A model generated the notes under the pieces. It did not search any database, was not told the DNA's origin, and saw only the letters and a program-made list of their open reading frames with translations. A DNA stretch of 52,126 bases, taken from Candidatus Zixiibacteriota bacterium. Lineage in GTDB: Bacteria; Zixibacteria; MSB-5A5; GN15; JAAZOE01. Positions 38,219 through 47,840 of the stretch are shown here, one piece after another (position 1 is the stretch's first letter; the number at the start of each line of letters is the position of its first letter). Position numbers and translations under genes: made by a program. Where the stretch lies: NCBI GenBank assembly GCA_043819555.1, contig JBDREQ010000015.1, positions 1 through 52,126 of the forward strand, given 5' to 3'.

Positions 38219-38815
38219 GTGAAAAATTTATTTGTTATTATTGTGATTTCCGCAGTTTTGCTAGGGTGCGGATCATCGCGGCAGGTACATCGGCTCGATC
38301 CCGAGACCGTCACCGATGTCAGCGGAAAGTGGAATGATACCGACGCCAGATTAGTCGCTGAGGAAATGGTCGGCGATTGCCTCTCGCGGGTCTGGCTTAC
38401 CGATTTTGTGGCGGCTGCCGGGCAGAAACCTTTTGTTACGGTTGGTCCGATTCGCAATAAGAGCAGCGAACATATCGATACGGAGACATTCACGACCGAT
38501 TTTGAACGCGAGCTTATAAACTCGGGCCAAATAAAGTTCGTTGCTACGCGCGATCAAAAAGAGGATGTGCGCGCGGAAAGGTATGACCAGCGGGATTTCG
38601 CGTCGCGCGAGACGATGAAACAACTGCGGGCAGAGACCGGCGCCGATTTTATTCTCCTGGGCGCGATAAAATCAATCGTTGATGAAGCGGGAGGAGTTCG
38701 AGTAGTTTATTATCAAACCGATTTGGAATTAATCAATATTGAGACGGCCGAAAAAGTCTGGATAGGGACCAAGAAAGTCAAGAAAGAAATTTCAAAGGGT
38801 AAAACGAGTTGGTAG
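38219..38815 (+). CDS. LpoB-like lipoprotein (penicillin-binding protein activator family)
   Basis: Lipobox LLGC; DVSGKWNDTD, IRNKSSEHIDT, ETGADFILLG, YQTDLELINIETAEKVW. Confidence 0.8.
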   Translation: MKNLFVIIVISAVLLGCGSSRQVHRLDPETVTDVSGKWNDTDARLVAEEMVGDCLSRVWLTDFVAAAGQKPFVTVGPIRNKSSEHIDTETFTTDFERELINSGQIKFVATRDQKEDVRAERYDQRDFASRETMKQLRAETGADFILLGAIKSIVDEAGGVRVVYYQTDLELINIETAEKVWIGTKKVKKEISKGKTSW

Positions 38816-40227
38816 GAATCACGCGATTGATTTTAATTCGAAGCAAATTGATAATTACTCTGCTGCTTATTTTTGCACTGGGTGTCTATTCCGGTTGCAG
38901 CTCGGTTGCGACACAAAAGGCTTTTTATGAACCGATTGAAGCCGAACTTAGGCAGGGCAATTTTTCATCGGCGGTGGCTCAAATTGAGAAGGCAAAAACT
39001 GACGGAAAGTACAAAAAGAAGGATCGCTTTTTGTACTTTCTTGATGCCGGTTTGGCCTATCATTATAATCTTCAGTTTGATTCCAGCAATTTACGCCTGA
39101 CCGAAGCTGAAGACGCCGCAGACGAATTATATACCCGCAGTATCTCACGGGCGGTAGGTTCTATGATACTAAATGATAATATCCTTGAGTATGCCGGCGA
39201 GGATTACGAGATACTATATTCAAATCTTATCAAAGCCTTGAATTACGGTACCCTGGATTTTTTTGACGATGCCTTCGTCGAGATTCGCCGGGCCAACGAG
39301 AAACTGAATCTTCTTGAGCAAAAGTACCGCGATGAAGCCGATATGCTGAATGCTCAAAACAAAGATGAATCTTCCCGGGTCGATATTAACTACGAGGCCA
39401 AGGCAGCCCGATTTAATAATTCCGCTTTTGCCCGCTATTTGAGCATGCATATGTATGCCGCCGACGGAAAATATGATGATGCCGAGCTTGATTATGATTT
39501 AATGCGGCGGGCATTTATTGAGCAGCCCCATATATATGATTTCGATATGCCGGATGTTATCTACGCTTCTGATTCGCAAGCTGTTTTATCAATCGTGGGA
39601 TTGATTGGCTTTGCACCGGTCAAAGAAGCTATGAATTTACGATTGCGGACCGATAAAGAATTAAAACTTGTACAGGTTTTGTATGATGATCCCAATAAGC
39701 CGAATAGCGAGTATGGCCATATCCCAATGGATGTCAAAGAGGATTATTATTTCAAGTTCTCTATTCCGCAAATAGTTACCCAGCCCACCTATATAAAAAG
39801 TATTCGCGTCTTCGCCGACGATGCCTATCTGGGTGATTTGCGATTAATTGAAGATATCGGAAAAACCGCTATTGAGACTTTTGAGGCGAAGAAGTCTTTG
39901 ATATATCTAAAGACCCTGGCACGGGCAATTGCAAAAGGTTTGAAAACCCACAATATGAAGAAGAAATCGGATGAGGGCGGAGGAGGCTGGCTCAAAAAGC
40001 TGGTAATAGACGCCGTATCTGACTTTACCGAAAATGCCGACTTGCGATGTTCGCGCTTGCTTCCGGGTTATATTCTGGTCGGTGATTTTGAGTTGCCTCC
40101 GGGACAGCATAATTTGAAAATACAGCTCATTGACACATCTGGAATTATAATCAAAGAGAATTTTATTGATGATTTCCAATTGGGGAAAACCAAATTTAAT
40201 TTACTGGAAGTAATTCATCTGAATTAA
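38809..40227 (+). CDS. COG3014-like lipoprotein (typical LpoB-operon partner)
   Basis: Lipobox YSGC; LYFLDAGL, YAGEDYE, DDAFVEIRR, ENADLRCSRLLP; overlaps the LpoB-like gene. Start codon uncertain. Confidence 0.75.
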   Translation: MVGITRLILIRSKLIITLLLIFALGVYSGCSSVATQKAFYEPIEAELRQGNFSSAVAQIEKAKTDGKYKKKDRFLYFLDAGLAYHYNLQFDSSNLRLTEAEDAADELYTRSISRAVGSMILNDNILEYAGEDYEILYSNLIKALNYGTLDFFDDAFVEIRRANEKLNLLEQKYRDEADMLNAQNKDESSRVDINYEAKAARFNNSAFARYLSMHMYAADGKYDDAELDYDLMRRAFIEQPHIYDFDMPDVIYASDSQAVLSIVGLIGFAPVKEAMNLRLRTDKELKLVQVLYDDPNKPNSEYGHIPMDVKEDYYFKFSIPQIVTQPTYIKSIRVFADDAYLGDLRLIEDIGKTAIETFEAKKSLIYLKTLARAIAKGLKTHNMKKKSDEGGGGWLKKLVIDAVSDFTENADLRCSRLLPGYILVGDFELPPGQHNLKIQLIDTSGIIIKENFIDDFQLGKTKFNLLEVIHLN

Positions 40228-40247
40228 ATATTTAAAATTCTTTAGAT

Positions 40248-40278
40248 AAAAAAGGCCGGTTATATCCCGACCTTTTTT
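40248..40278 (-). terminator. Intrinsic terminator after the M28 peptidase gene
   Basis: Minus strand AAAAAAGGTCGG-gatataa-CCGGCCTTTTTT; the G-U pair forms only on the minus-strand transcript. Confidence 0.75.
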
Positions 40279-40295
40279 ATTGATGTTTTTTATAC

Positions 40296-42869
40296 TTAAT
40301 TACACGGCGCCGGGCCGCCTTTGAAGACGTGGTTGATTATAAAAACGGCGTCTCCGACGTTTGTCTGGCCGTCGTCATTGGCGTCGCCAGATTCCAACGG
40401 CTCCGGAGCGGGGCCGCCTTTGAAAACATGATTTATTATAAAGACCGCGTCCCCGACATTGACATCACCATCGCCATTGGCATCGCCGCATTTATAACCT
40501 GGTTCAAATACTGCCGCAAATAACCGTTCGGATATATTACCGTCTTCATCACCAACCGAAGCAACAAACTCAATTGTGCCCGGAATTATTGGTGTTCCAT
40601 TTATTAAACCTTCGGCGGAAACTGACAATCCCGTTCCTGCCAGAGCATTGTCCCTGTCAGACCATGAATAATTGCCGACGCCGCCAATGGCTTCGAGTTG
40701 ATAAGAATAAATAACTCCGGTCATCCCGCCGGAAATCGATTCGGTTGTTATTGCCAGAGGGGCATTTGCCTGATCGCAGGTGTAACCGGCGATAGAGACA
40801 TCATCAATATTCCAACCACAATAATGCCAGGCGTAATCTGTACTGCCCATTGTCCAGCGAAGCAATACGGTGCTTTCATTGTCAGCGATTTCTGAAATAT
40901 CAATTGTCTGTTCAATCCATTCGTTATCAGAAATTGTGGCGTCATTTTCCCAGACAGTTATAAAGCCTGTTCCATAACCGGCAACTTCAATAGAGGCGTG
41001 ATCGTAGCGGGACTGTTCGACACCCAGCCAGCGCATGAAATTTAGAGAAACGCCAATATAACCGGTGCAGTCAAGAAGCGGCGCCGTTAGGAATCTTGGG
41101 GGTAAATTGGGCGGATAATCTCCCGCCAAATTATATCCATATACATTATCACCGGAATAGGCCGACGAAGGATCCGGATAGCCATGATCGCCGCCCTGTC
41201 CCAGAGGAGTTCCACGTTCCCATTGTCCGGTTGCAATCCAGGATTTATCGGTTTCAAAATCATCCTCAAAAATAATTATTTGCTCCGACCCGACTATAGC
41301 CGTTAACGGCGATTCAGGCGGCGGATAATAAAACTGGCCATTTATAATTTCGGATGCGCTGAAATAGTATGATATTTCGTCATCACATGATAAGCCCGGT
41401 AAGTTTGCTTGATAAGTTGTCGGATCAAGAGAAGCCATAGGTATAATTTGATATTCGTCGCCATTGATGCTGTAATGCAGGTATCCGCTATTTTCAACCG
41501 GAGTACCACCGTAGGCGCCAACAATTTCAATCGTCACAGGCATTGACTTGCCGGGAAAAACAACATTGGGAGGGCTGCCAATTACGCTAAAATCCAAGCT
41601 GTTAAATGGTACATAAGTTTGTGAAACCGTATATGCTGTCGCCAACGAAGCCTTGACCATTCTCGTCATATATTCAAAGTTCATATGAGTCGTGCTGTCA
41701 GTTGGCTGATGATATACATTGGAAAATATGTACTCCGCCGAAAACGTTGCCTGATATCCATTTTGTATAAACGGATAATGGTCAGAACCGCCGGAGCTTC
41801 CATCAAGATGACCGGTTATGCCAGTAAGAGAATCTGCCAGGTCCTGCCATAAGTACGTATATTCCATTTGTGATCCATAGTACAGAGACGCGTCATTATT
41901 GTTTTCATAGTGCCCGATCATATCCATGTTGAGCATATAAACGATGCTGTCACCGCGGCCTTTGGCATCATTGGCATAATGCCAGGAACCGTGCAGTCCC
42001 TGTTCTTCACCTGAATACAATGAGAAAATAAAAGTCAAATCGGTATCAACATCTTTAAGGATTCGAGCGACTTCCAAAACTCCGCAGGTCCCCGAACCGT
42101 TATCGTCAGCGCCAGGAGAACCGGGGACGGCATCTTTATGAGCGCCGATAATAATATGATGATCCGGCATAACCGTACCAATTTTATAGGCGTGAATATT
42201 ATAGCATTCGGTGAGAACACTATAAATAGTCGCCTGAAATGTGTCAACAATGACCGAATCATAACCAAATTCAATTAATTTATTAAAAATCCAATCGCGT
42301 GAATCCTTCGCTGACTGTGAGCCGGAAACCCGAGGAGGATAAGACTCCAGATGAGTATCATAAGAATACAATGAATCCTCAAGAACTCCGGAAATCAATT
42401 CTGTTAGATTATCAGGATATCTGCCTGGATCAACAGCATGCTCAGACGGAGCGATATACTCAATTTCAATTCCATCACTACGAACCGGAAACAATTCGGA
42501 TTCCGGCATTTTATCCGGCGCCATGGTTTTATCGATCCTGAAGAATCTAAGCCCAATTTCGGAATATAATAGTTCGTATTTGCCAACATTTTGCTCATCC
42601 CGGCGTTGGTCAATCGCAATTTCATTTTTTGAGATATTATTAGCCAGTAGATGCACTCTTATCCCGGCGTCTTCGATTTGTTGAGCGCCCGACTCATCGA
42701 TTAAAACCAAATATCCATCGTTTAGTCTGGAAATTGGCACTGCCATAGATGATTTTAATATTAATGCGTCACTTGAGCTATTAACATCAACTTTATATAA
42801 ATCATCGGCATAGGCGGTGGCATCAATACAAATAAATGCAGTGAAAAATATCACAAGATGTTTAAACAT
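40296..42869 (-). CDS. Secreted M28 family aminopeptidase with accessory domains and C-terminal dockerin-like domain
   Basis: IGAHKD, PGADDNGSG, SGEEQGLHGS, LNMDMIG, SDHYPF, YHQPTD; GWNIDDV beta-sandwich; Ig-like repeat; duplicated GDAN...VGDAVFIINHVFKGGPAP. Confidence 0.9.
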   Translation of the reverse strand: MFKHLVIFFTAFICIDATAYADDLYKVDVNSSSDALILKSSMAVPISRLNDGYLVLIDESGAQQIEDAGIRVHLLANNISKNEIAIDQRRDEQNVGKYELLYSEIGLRFFRIDKTMAPDKMPESELFPVRSDGIEIEYIAPSEHAVDPGRYPDNLTELISGVLEDSLYSYDTHLESYPPRVSGSQSAKDSRDWIFNKLIEFGYDSVIVDTFQATIYSVLTECYNIHAYKIGTVMPDHHIIIGAHKDAVPGSPGADDNGSGTCGVLEVARILKDVDTDLTFIFSLYSGEEQGLHGSWHYANDAKGRGDSIVYMLNMDMIGHYENNNDASLYYGSQMEYTYLWQDLADSLTGITGHLDGSSGGSDHYPFIQNGYQATFSAEYIFSNVYHQPTDSTTHMNFEYMTRMVKASLATAYTVSQTYVPFNSLDFSVIGSPPNVVFPGKSMPVTIEIVGAYGGTPVENSGYLHYSINGDEYQIIPMASLDPTTYQANLPGLSCDDEISYYFSASEIINGQFYYPPPESPLTAIVGSEQIIIFEDDFETDKSWIATGQWERGTPLGQGGDHGYPDPSSAYSGDNVYGYNLAGDYPPNLPPRFLTAPLLDCTGYIGVSLNFMRWLGVEQSRYDHASIEVAGYGTGFITVWENDATISDNEWIEQTIDISEIADNESTVLLRWTMGSTDYAWHYCGWNIDDVSIAGYTCDQANAPLAITTESISGGMTGVIYSYQLEAIGGVGNYSWSDRDNALAGTGLSVSAEGLINGTPIIPGTIEFVASVGDEDGNISERLFAAVFEPGYKCGDANGDGDVNVGDAVFIINHVFKGGPAPEPLESGDANDDGQTNVGDAVFIINHVFKGGPAPCN

Positions 42870-42920
42870 TATGGTCTCCTGTCATTCCTGTTGGCGGAAC
42901 AAGTAAATGAGGTATAAATC

Positions 42921-42948
42921 AATATAGTTTTTTTAACCAATTCGTCAA
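42921..42948 (-). promoter_or_regulatory. Putative sigma70-type promoter of the M28 peptidase gene
   Basis: Minus strand TTGACG-N16-TATATT about 50 nt upstream of ATG 42869 (AGGAG RBS). Confidence 0.5.
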
Positions 42949-43108
42949 GCCCGGTTTTTTGCCATTCCTAACCACTTAGGAGCAATAAAAATGACCCAAA
43001 AACAGTTTGGAGACTATGCCACAATCAATTACTTTGATTTGGAACAATAAGAAATGAAAGAACGCAATAAGCTTATTTCTTTCATTGGAATTTGAGTAGG
43101 AGGATTTT

Positions 43109-44593
43109 GTGTACAAGCTAAGCATTTTATGTAGTCTGTTTTTGGTTATGTGTTTATCGGCCATTGTTGCAGGGGATGAGTACACACGGGAAGTCTTTGA
43201 TGAGAAATATAAGGCCGTGAGTACCGAAGAGGAAGTTGGACAGTTATGCGGGGAATTTATTAAAAACACTGCAGATATTGATGTGATGCGGCGAGTACAG
43301 GATAGGTGGAAACGAGATGATAAGGACGCGGCTCGGGCGTTTTTTCAGGAATTGCTTAAATCAGATATCAACTCAGCTAAATATACATATCTTTACGGTC
43401 GAGTTGCTGAATCTGCGATTGAGAAGATAAAGCTTGGACGCAAAGCAATTGTTCTCGACGCCGATTGGCCTTATGGATATCGACTTCTACTGACGACCTA
43501 TGTCAGCGATTTATTCAATGCCGACGACGATAATCCAGATGCCATTGAATTGGCAAAAATGCTCGAAGAAGATATTGGGTATTTTGGTAAACTAACCGAG
43601 CTTGAGCCGGAAGAATCATATCCGCTTGAATTCATTTTTGAGCTTAATGTTTATCAGAAAAAGTATGATAAAGCCCTTGAACTGCTCAATCAGGGTCAGG
43701 CCGCCAAAGCCCGTTGGGCTTCTGACAGAACTTATGCCAATCTATATGCTCTGATGGGAAAATACACTGAAGCTCTTGAAAAGGTTGACGCAATTTTGGA
43801 AGAGCGTAAAGCTCAGGGCTCACCTGATGATGAGATTGCGATGTATCGCGATTATTATTATGGCGGAGCGTTACGAAACGCCGGTGCGTTTGACGAATTG
43901 ATTAATTATCATAAATCTAAAGAGGCCTTTGCGACGAACGCAGAAGCTCATTATGATCTTGCCTGCGCATATAATCTGACCGGGGATTTGGAAAATGCTA
44001 TAACGTCATTAAAAATCGCCGCCGAACTTGGATGGAACCAGATAGGCTCGACTCAGAAAGATAAGGATCTGGAATCTTTGCATGATGATCCTCTCTGGGA
44101 GGCAATAATTGGAACCATCAAGACCAATTGGGATAAGGGAGCGTCAGAGCGCAAAGAAGAGGCATTGAAAGAAAAGCTCGACGAGATTGCCCCGGAATGG
44201 TCATTACCGGACAAAGACGGCAATATAGTCAATCTGGCCGACTTAAAAGGCAAAATAGTCGTCCTTGATTTCTGGGCGACATGGTGCGGACCGTGCCGCA
44301 TGACTATGCCGACTTTGAATAATTTTATTAGAAATGATGCCCATAAAGACGTTGTGGTTTTTTCGATTGATGTCTGGGAGAAGGGCCGCAAAAAGCAAAT
44401 TGATTATATGACCGAAAACGATTATGCCATGATCCTGTTATACGGTAATGATGATCTGGCGAATCAATATGGAATAACCGGGATTCCAACCCTGGTTGTG
44501 ATAGATAAAGAAGGCAAAATCCGCTATAAAGAAATCGGTTATAGCGAAGCTCTTTCAGATTATCTGATTTACTGGACGGAAGATTTGCTTTAG
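43109..44593 (+). CDS. Exported TPR protein with C-terminal TlpA-like thiol:disulfide oxidoreductase domain
   Basis: Signal peptide, TPR-like helices, APEWSLPDKDG, LDFWATWCGPC, YGITGIPTLVVIDKEGKIR. Confidence 0.88.
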   Translation: MYKLSILCSLFLVMCLSAIVAGDEYTREVFDEKYKAVSTEEEVGQLCGEFIKNTADIDVMRRVQDRWKRDDKDAARAFFQELLKSDINSAKYTYLYGRVAESAIEKIKLGRKAIVLDADWPYGYRLLLTTYVSDLFNADDDNPDAIELAKMLEEDIGYFGKLTELEPEESYPLEFIFELNVYQKKYDKALELLNQGQAAKARWASDRTYANLYALMGKYTEALEKVDAILEERKAQGSPDDEIAMYRDYYYGGALRNAGAFDELINYHKSKEAFATNAEAHYDLACAYNLTGDLENAITSLKIAAELGWNQIGSTQKDKDLESLHDDPLWEAIIGTIKTNWDKGASERKEEALKEKLDEIAPEWSLPDKDGNIVNLADLKGKIVVLDFWATWCGPCRMTMPTLNNFIRNDAHKDVVVFSIDVWEKGRKKQIDYMTENDYAMILLYGNDDLANQYGITGIPTLVVIDKEGKIRYKEIGYSEALSDYLIYWTEDLL

Positions 44594-44615
44594 TATAAAT
44601 TAAAGTTCGATGTTC

Positions 44616-44642
44616 AAAAGGCCGCCACAGTTGCGGCCTTTT
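44616..44642. terminator. Bidirectional terminator
   Basis: AAAAGGCCGC-cacagtt-GCGGCCTTTT between convergent genes. Confidence 0.8.
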
Positions 44643-44651
44643 GTTTTCAGT

Positions 44652-46472
44652 TTATACAAGAATCTTTTCCAACTCTTCAACCCGAGAAGCAAATAATTTG
44701 AGAGTCGCCTCAAATGGTTCAGAAGTTGTCATGTCAACGCCGCATTTCTTTAACTGCTCAATGGGGTAATCATTGCCTCCCGAGCGCAGGAGATTGAGAT
44801 ACCTTTCTATAATTCCCGCCTCACCGTCAAAAAATCGTTTGAGTATTGCCTGGGAAGCGGCGAATGACGTCGCATATTGATAGACATAATAGGCCCTATA
44901 AAAATGAGGTACCCGAGACCATTTGTACTTGGTGAAATTATCCATTGTATAATCGGGGCCAAAATATTTAAGTATCAGCTCCTCGAGCATGCCATTCATG
45001 ACATCCGGAGACAATGCCTGCCCGCCTTCAACATATTCATGAATTTTCAGCTCAAAGTGCGCGTACAGCACTTGCTGAAAGTAGGTTCCCAGGGCGCCCA
45101 TCAACCAGCGATCAGTCAGAAAAGCTTTTTTATTATCATCATCGGTTTGCTGAACGAGATAATGATGCAATAATCCCTCATTAACGGTCGAGGCAACTTC
45201 GGCGACAAAAATGGAATAATTGGCTTTTTGATATGGCTGGTTTTGATTAGCCAGGCGGCTATGCAGAGCGTGGCCCATTTCGTGGGCCAGGGTAAATTGG
45301 TTGCTCAGGGTATTGTTGTAATTCATTAAAACAAACGGATGAGTGCGATAATTGGCCCAGTTATAAGCTCCTCCAGCTTTTCCTTCGGTTTCATGTACAT
45401 CCACCCAGCGGGAGTTGAATCCTTCCATAAGTACCTGATCATATCCATTCCCGAGAGTTTTTGTCGCTTCGCGAATTTCATTGACAGCGGTGGTGTAGGG
45501 AACATCAATATTAAGTTCAGAAATCAGGGGACAATATAAATCATAAGCATGGATGGTATCGAGTTTCAATATTTTCTTGCGGAGAGTCACATATCGATGC
45601 AGACCTTTTATATATTTCTGGGTCGAATCCAGAAGAGAATGATAAACCGATATCGGTATATTATAAATATCAAGAGCATGATGCAAAGAACTGTCAAAAT
45701 TGCGCGCCCGGGCATAGAATACATCGGAATTAACAGATGAAGCGAGCATCGCTCCCAGGGTATTGGCATTATTGATATAAGGTTCAAAGAATTTTTCATT
45801 GGCATCGCGCCTGACGCGGGGATCCGGCGATTCCATAAATTTCGCAAAGCGCTGCTTGGTCAATTTGACCGCATTTCCGTTTTCATCCTTAATTTCAGGA
45901 TATTTGATATCGGCGCTGTCAAACATCGAGAAAATGCTCTGAGGCCCCCGGCTGATAACCGCCGACTGCGCCAACAACTCCTCAACTTCTCCGCTGCGGA
46001 TATGTTCTCGGGAGCGATTAAATTCTTTAATGTAAAAATCATACAGATCGGTGCGAGGGAACTTTCGCCCCATTTCCTCAAGCGATTCTTTGTCGATTTG
46101 CAATAATTCCGGTTCGATGAACGAAAAAGACGCTTCCGCCCTTGATGAAATCATCGCCGCTCGTTCAGTCATGGCTTGATATTTCGAAAGACGTCCGTCA
46201 AGATCTTTATTTAGCCGGGCGTATTGAAAGAGATCAAAAACAATTAGCGACAGTTCGGTACGAAGTTCAAGGCAGTCAAACAAAATGCCGGGAGAATTGG
46301 GGAATTTTCCCACATACTTTTTTGCTTTTTCAATTAGCATCTCTGCCTTCTTATAGCCTTGTTCCCAGGCTTCATCTGAATCAAAGATTACGGATAGATC
46401 CCATTTATGTTTTTCCTCAATATCTGAGCGTTGAAGAATCACGTTTTGTTTGGCTACCTGACTTTGTGACAT
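44652..46472 (-). CDS. pepF: Oligoendopeptidase F (M3B)
   Basis: RSDIEEKHKWDL, RWVDV..GKAGGAY, HPFVLMNY, TLAHEMGHALHS, IFVAEVAST.NE, WSRVPHFY..YYVYQYATS. Confidence 0.93.
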   Translation of the reverse strand: MSQSQVAKQNVILQRSDIEEKHKWDLSVIFDSDEAWEQGYKKAEMLIEKAKKYVGKFPNSPGILFDCLELRTELSLIVFDLFQYARLNKDLDGRLSKYQAMTERAAMISSRAEASFSFIEPELLQIDKESLEEMGRKFPRTDLYDFYIKEFNRSREHIRSGEVEELLAQSAVISRGPQSIFSMFDSADIKYPEIKDENGNAVKLTKQRFAKFMESPDPRVRRDANEKFFEPYINNANTLGAMLASSVNSDVFYARARNFDSSLHHALDIYNIPISVYHSLLDSTQKYIKGLHRYVTLRKKILKLDTIHAYDLYCPLISELNIDVPYTTAVNEIREATKTLGNGYDQVLMEGFNSRWVDVHETEGKAGGAYNWANYRTHPFVLMNYNNTLSNQFTLAHEMGHALHSRLANQNQPYQKANYSIFVAEVASTVNEGLLHHYLVQQTDDDNKKAFLTDRWLMGALGTYFQQVLYAHFELKIHEYVEGGQALSPDVMNGMLEELILKYFGPDYTMDNFTKYKWSRVPHFYRAYYVYQYATSFAASQAILKRFFDGEAGIIERYLNLLRSGGNDYPIEQLKKCGVDMTTSEPFEATLKLFASRVEELEKILV

Positions 46473-46498
46473 TTATATTGTTCCTCGCTTTTTAATAA

Positions 46499-47668
46499 TT
46501 ACAGAATAACCAGCTCGGTTTGCCGGGGTGACAGGAAACGAGCCCCATGGTTTTCAATTACTATGTCCTCTTCAAGAGAAACATGGCCGATATTTTCAAG
46601 GGTAATTCCCAATTCCAGAGTGAATACATTTCCGATTTCCATGGGAATATTGGGCGATTTTCCATAACGCTCCCACTGCGGCCCGATAAGGGCGCCGCCG
46701 TCATGAACAAATTGTCCCAGTTGATGACCAAGGGCATGTTTGTATTCTGGAAATCCTTTATTTTTCAAGACACTTCTGGCGTAAGAATCCACCGTCAGTC
46801 CGACATCTCCGGGCATGCATAGCCTGGCTGATTCGCTGATAATATTTTTTATTAACTTAAAAGCATTTAGCACTCCATCGGGTGCTCCGCTCTCATTCGT
46901 TTTTTTGAAATAAACAAGCCTCTGCAAATCAGAACAATAACCCTTATAATTCACTCCAAAATCAATATGCAATATTTCTCCCGGCTCAATTATGGCATCG
47001 GTCGGCGTGCCGTGACCGGGCATAGTTTTATCTCCGGCATTGACAATTGTCGGGAAAGAAATGGTATATCCCAGAGATTCAATTTCGGCTTCCGCAAGGT
47101 CTGATATTTCTTTTTCGGTCATACCGGTTTTAAGCCTGCCGACGGCGTTATCCCATGCCTGACATGCAAGTTTGGCCGCCTTGGAAATATTATCAATTTC
47201 AATCTCTGATTTACGGCTGCGCAGTTTTGAACAAATCTCTTCAGCCGAAATCAATTTATCAATAAAATGCGTGCCTTTTAGATAATCGCATAACAGATGA
47301 TACATCCCGTGCGTCAAGCCATCGGCTGAAGGATTTTCTTCGGAGTAATTTATCGCGATTGATTGGGGATTTAGTTTTGCAAGGGTTTCCTGGATTATAC
47401 CGGTCACGCCTTCGTCATAAGGAATAATTTCCGTGAAATATCCACTGCGCTGGTGGTCGGCCTGATCAATACTGCCAATAATGGCAATCGCCTCGCCCGA
47501 GCGAGTATAAAGAAAAAATGAAGGCCAGACAACTTCGTGTCCGACTACAAGAGACATGACAGGATCATTCGTGACCTCTGTTTCTCGAACAAAAACCATC
47601 CACAAATCGATATCCAATTCTTCCAGTAAATGCGGAACTTGTGTAATTTTACTTTTTATAATATCCAT
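46499..47668 (-). CDS. M24 family Xaa-Pro aminopeptidase/dipeptidase
   Basis: LRSRKSEIEI, HIDFGV..GYCSDLQR, HALGHQLG..VHD, FTLE, SLEEDI. ATG 47668 preferred; the ORF track gives TTG 47674. Confidence 0.9.
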   Translation of the reverse strand: MDIIKSKITQVPHLLEELDIDLWMVFVRETEVTNDPVMSLVVGHEVVWPSFFLYTRSGEAIAIIGSIDQADHQRSGYFTEIIPYDEGVTGIIQETLAKLNPQSIAINYSEENPSADGLTHGMYHLLCDYLKGTHFIDKLISAEEICSKLRSRKSEIEIDNISKAAKLACQAWDNAVGRLKTGMTEKEISDLAEAEIESLGYTISFPTIVNAGDKTMPGHGTPTDAIIEPGEILHIDFGVNYKGYCSDLQRLVYFKKTNESGAPDGVLNAFKLIKNIISESARLCMPGDVGLTVDSYARSVLKNKGFPEYKHALGHQLGQFVHDGGALIGPQWERYGKSPNIPMEIGNVFTLELGITLENIGHVSLEEDIVIENHGARFLSPRQTELVIL

Positions 47669-47840
47669 TTCCAAACCTCATTTAATGTATAAACCGCCAA
47701 TTTAGTCAAAGATTGCAAATAAGACAATATGAACTTTTCCTCAAACTATTTTTAGTAGCCCTTGAGCGTCAATTAACAATATATTATCTTCCGCAGGTAA
47801 GCAAATTATGAATGTACCCAAACGCTGTTGAGTTATGTAA

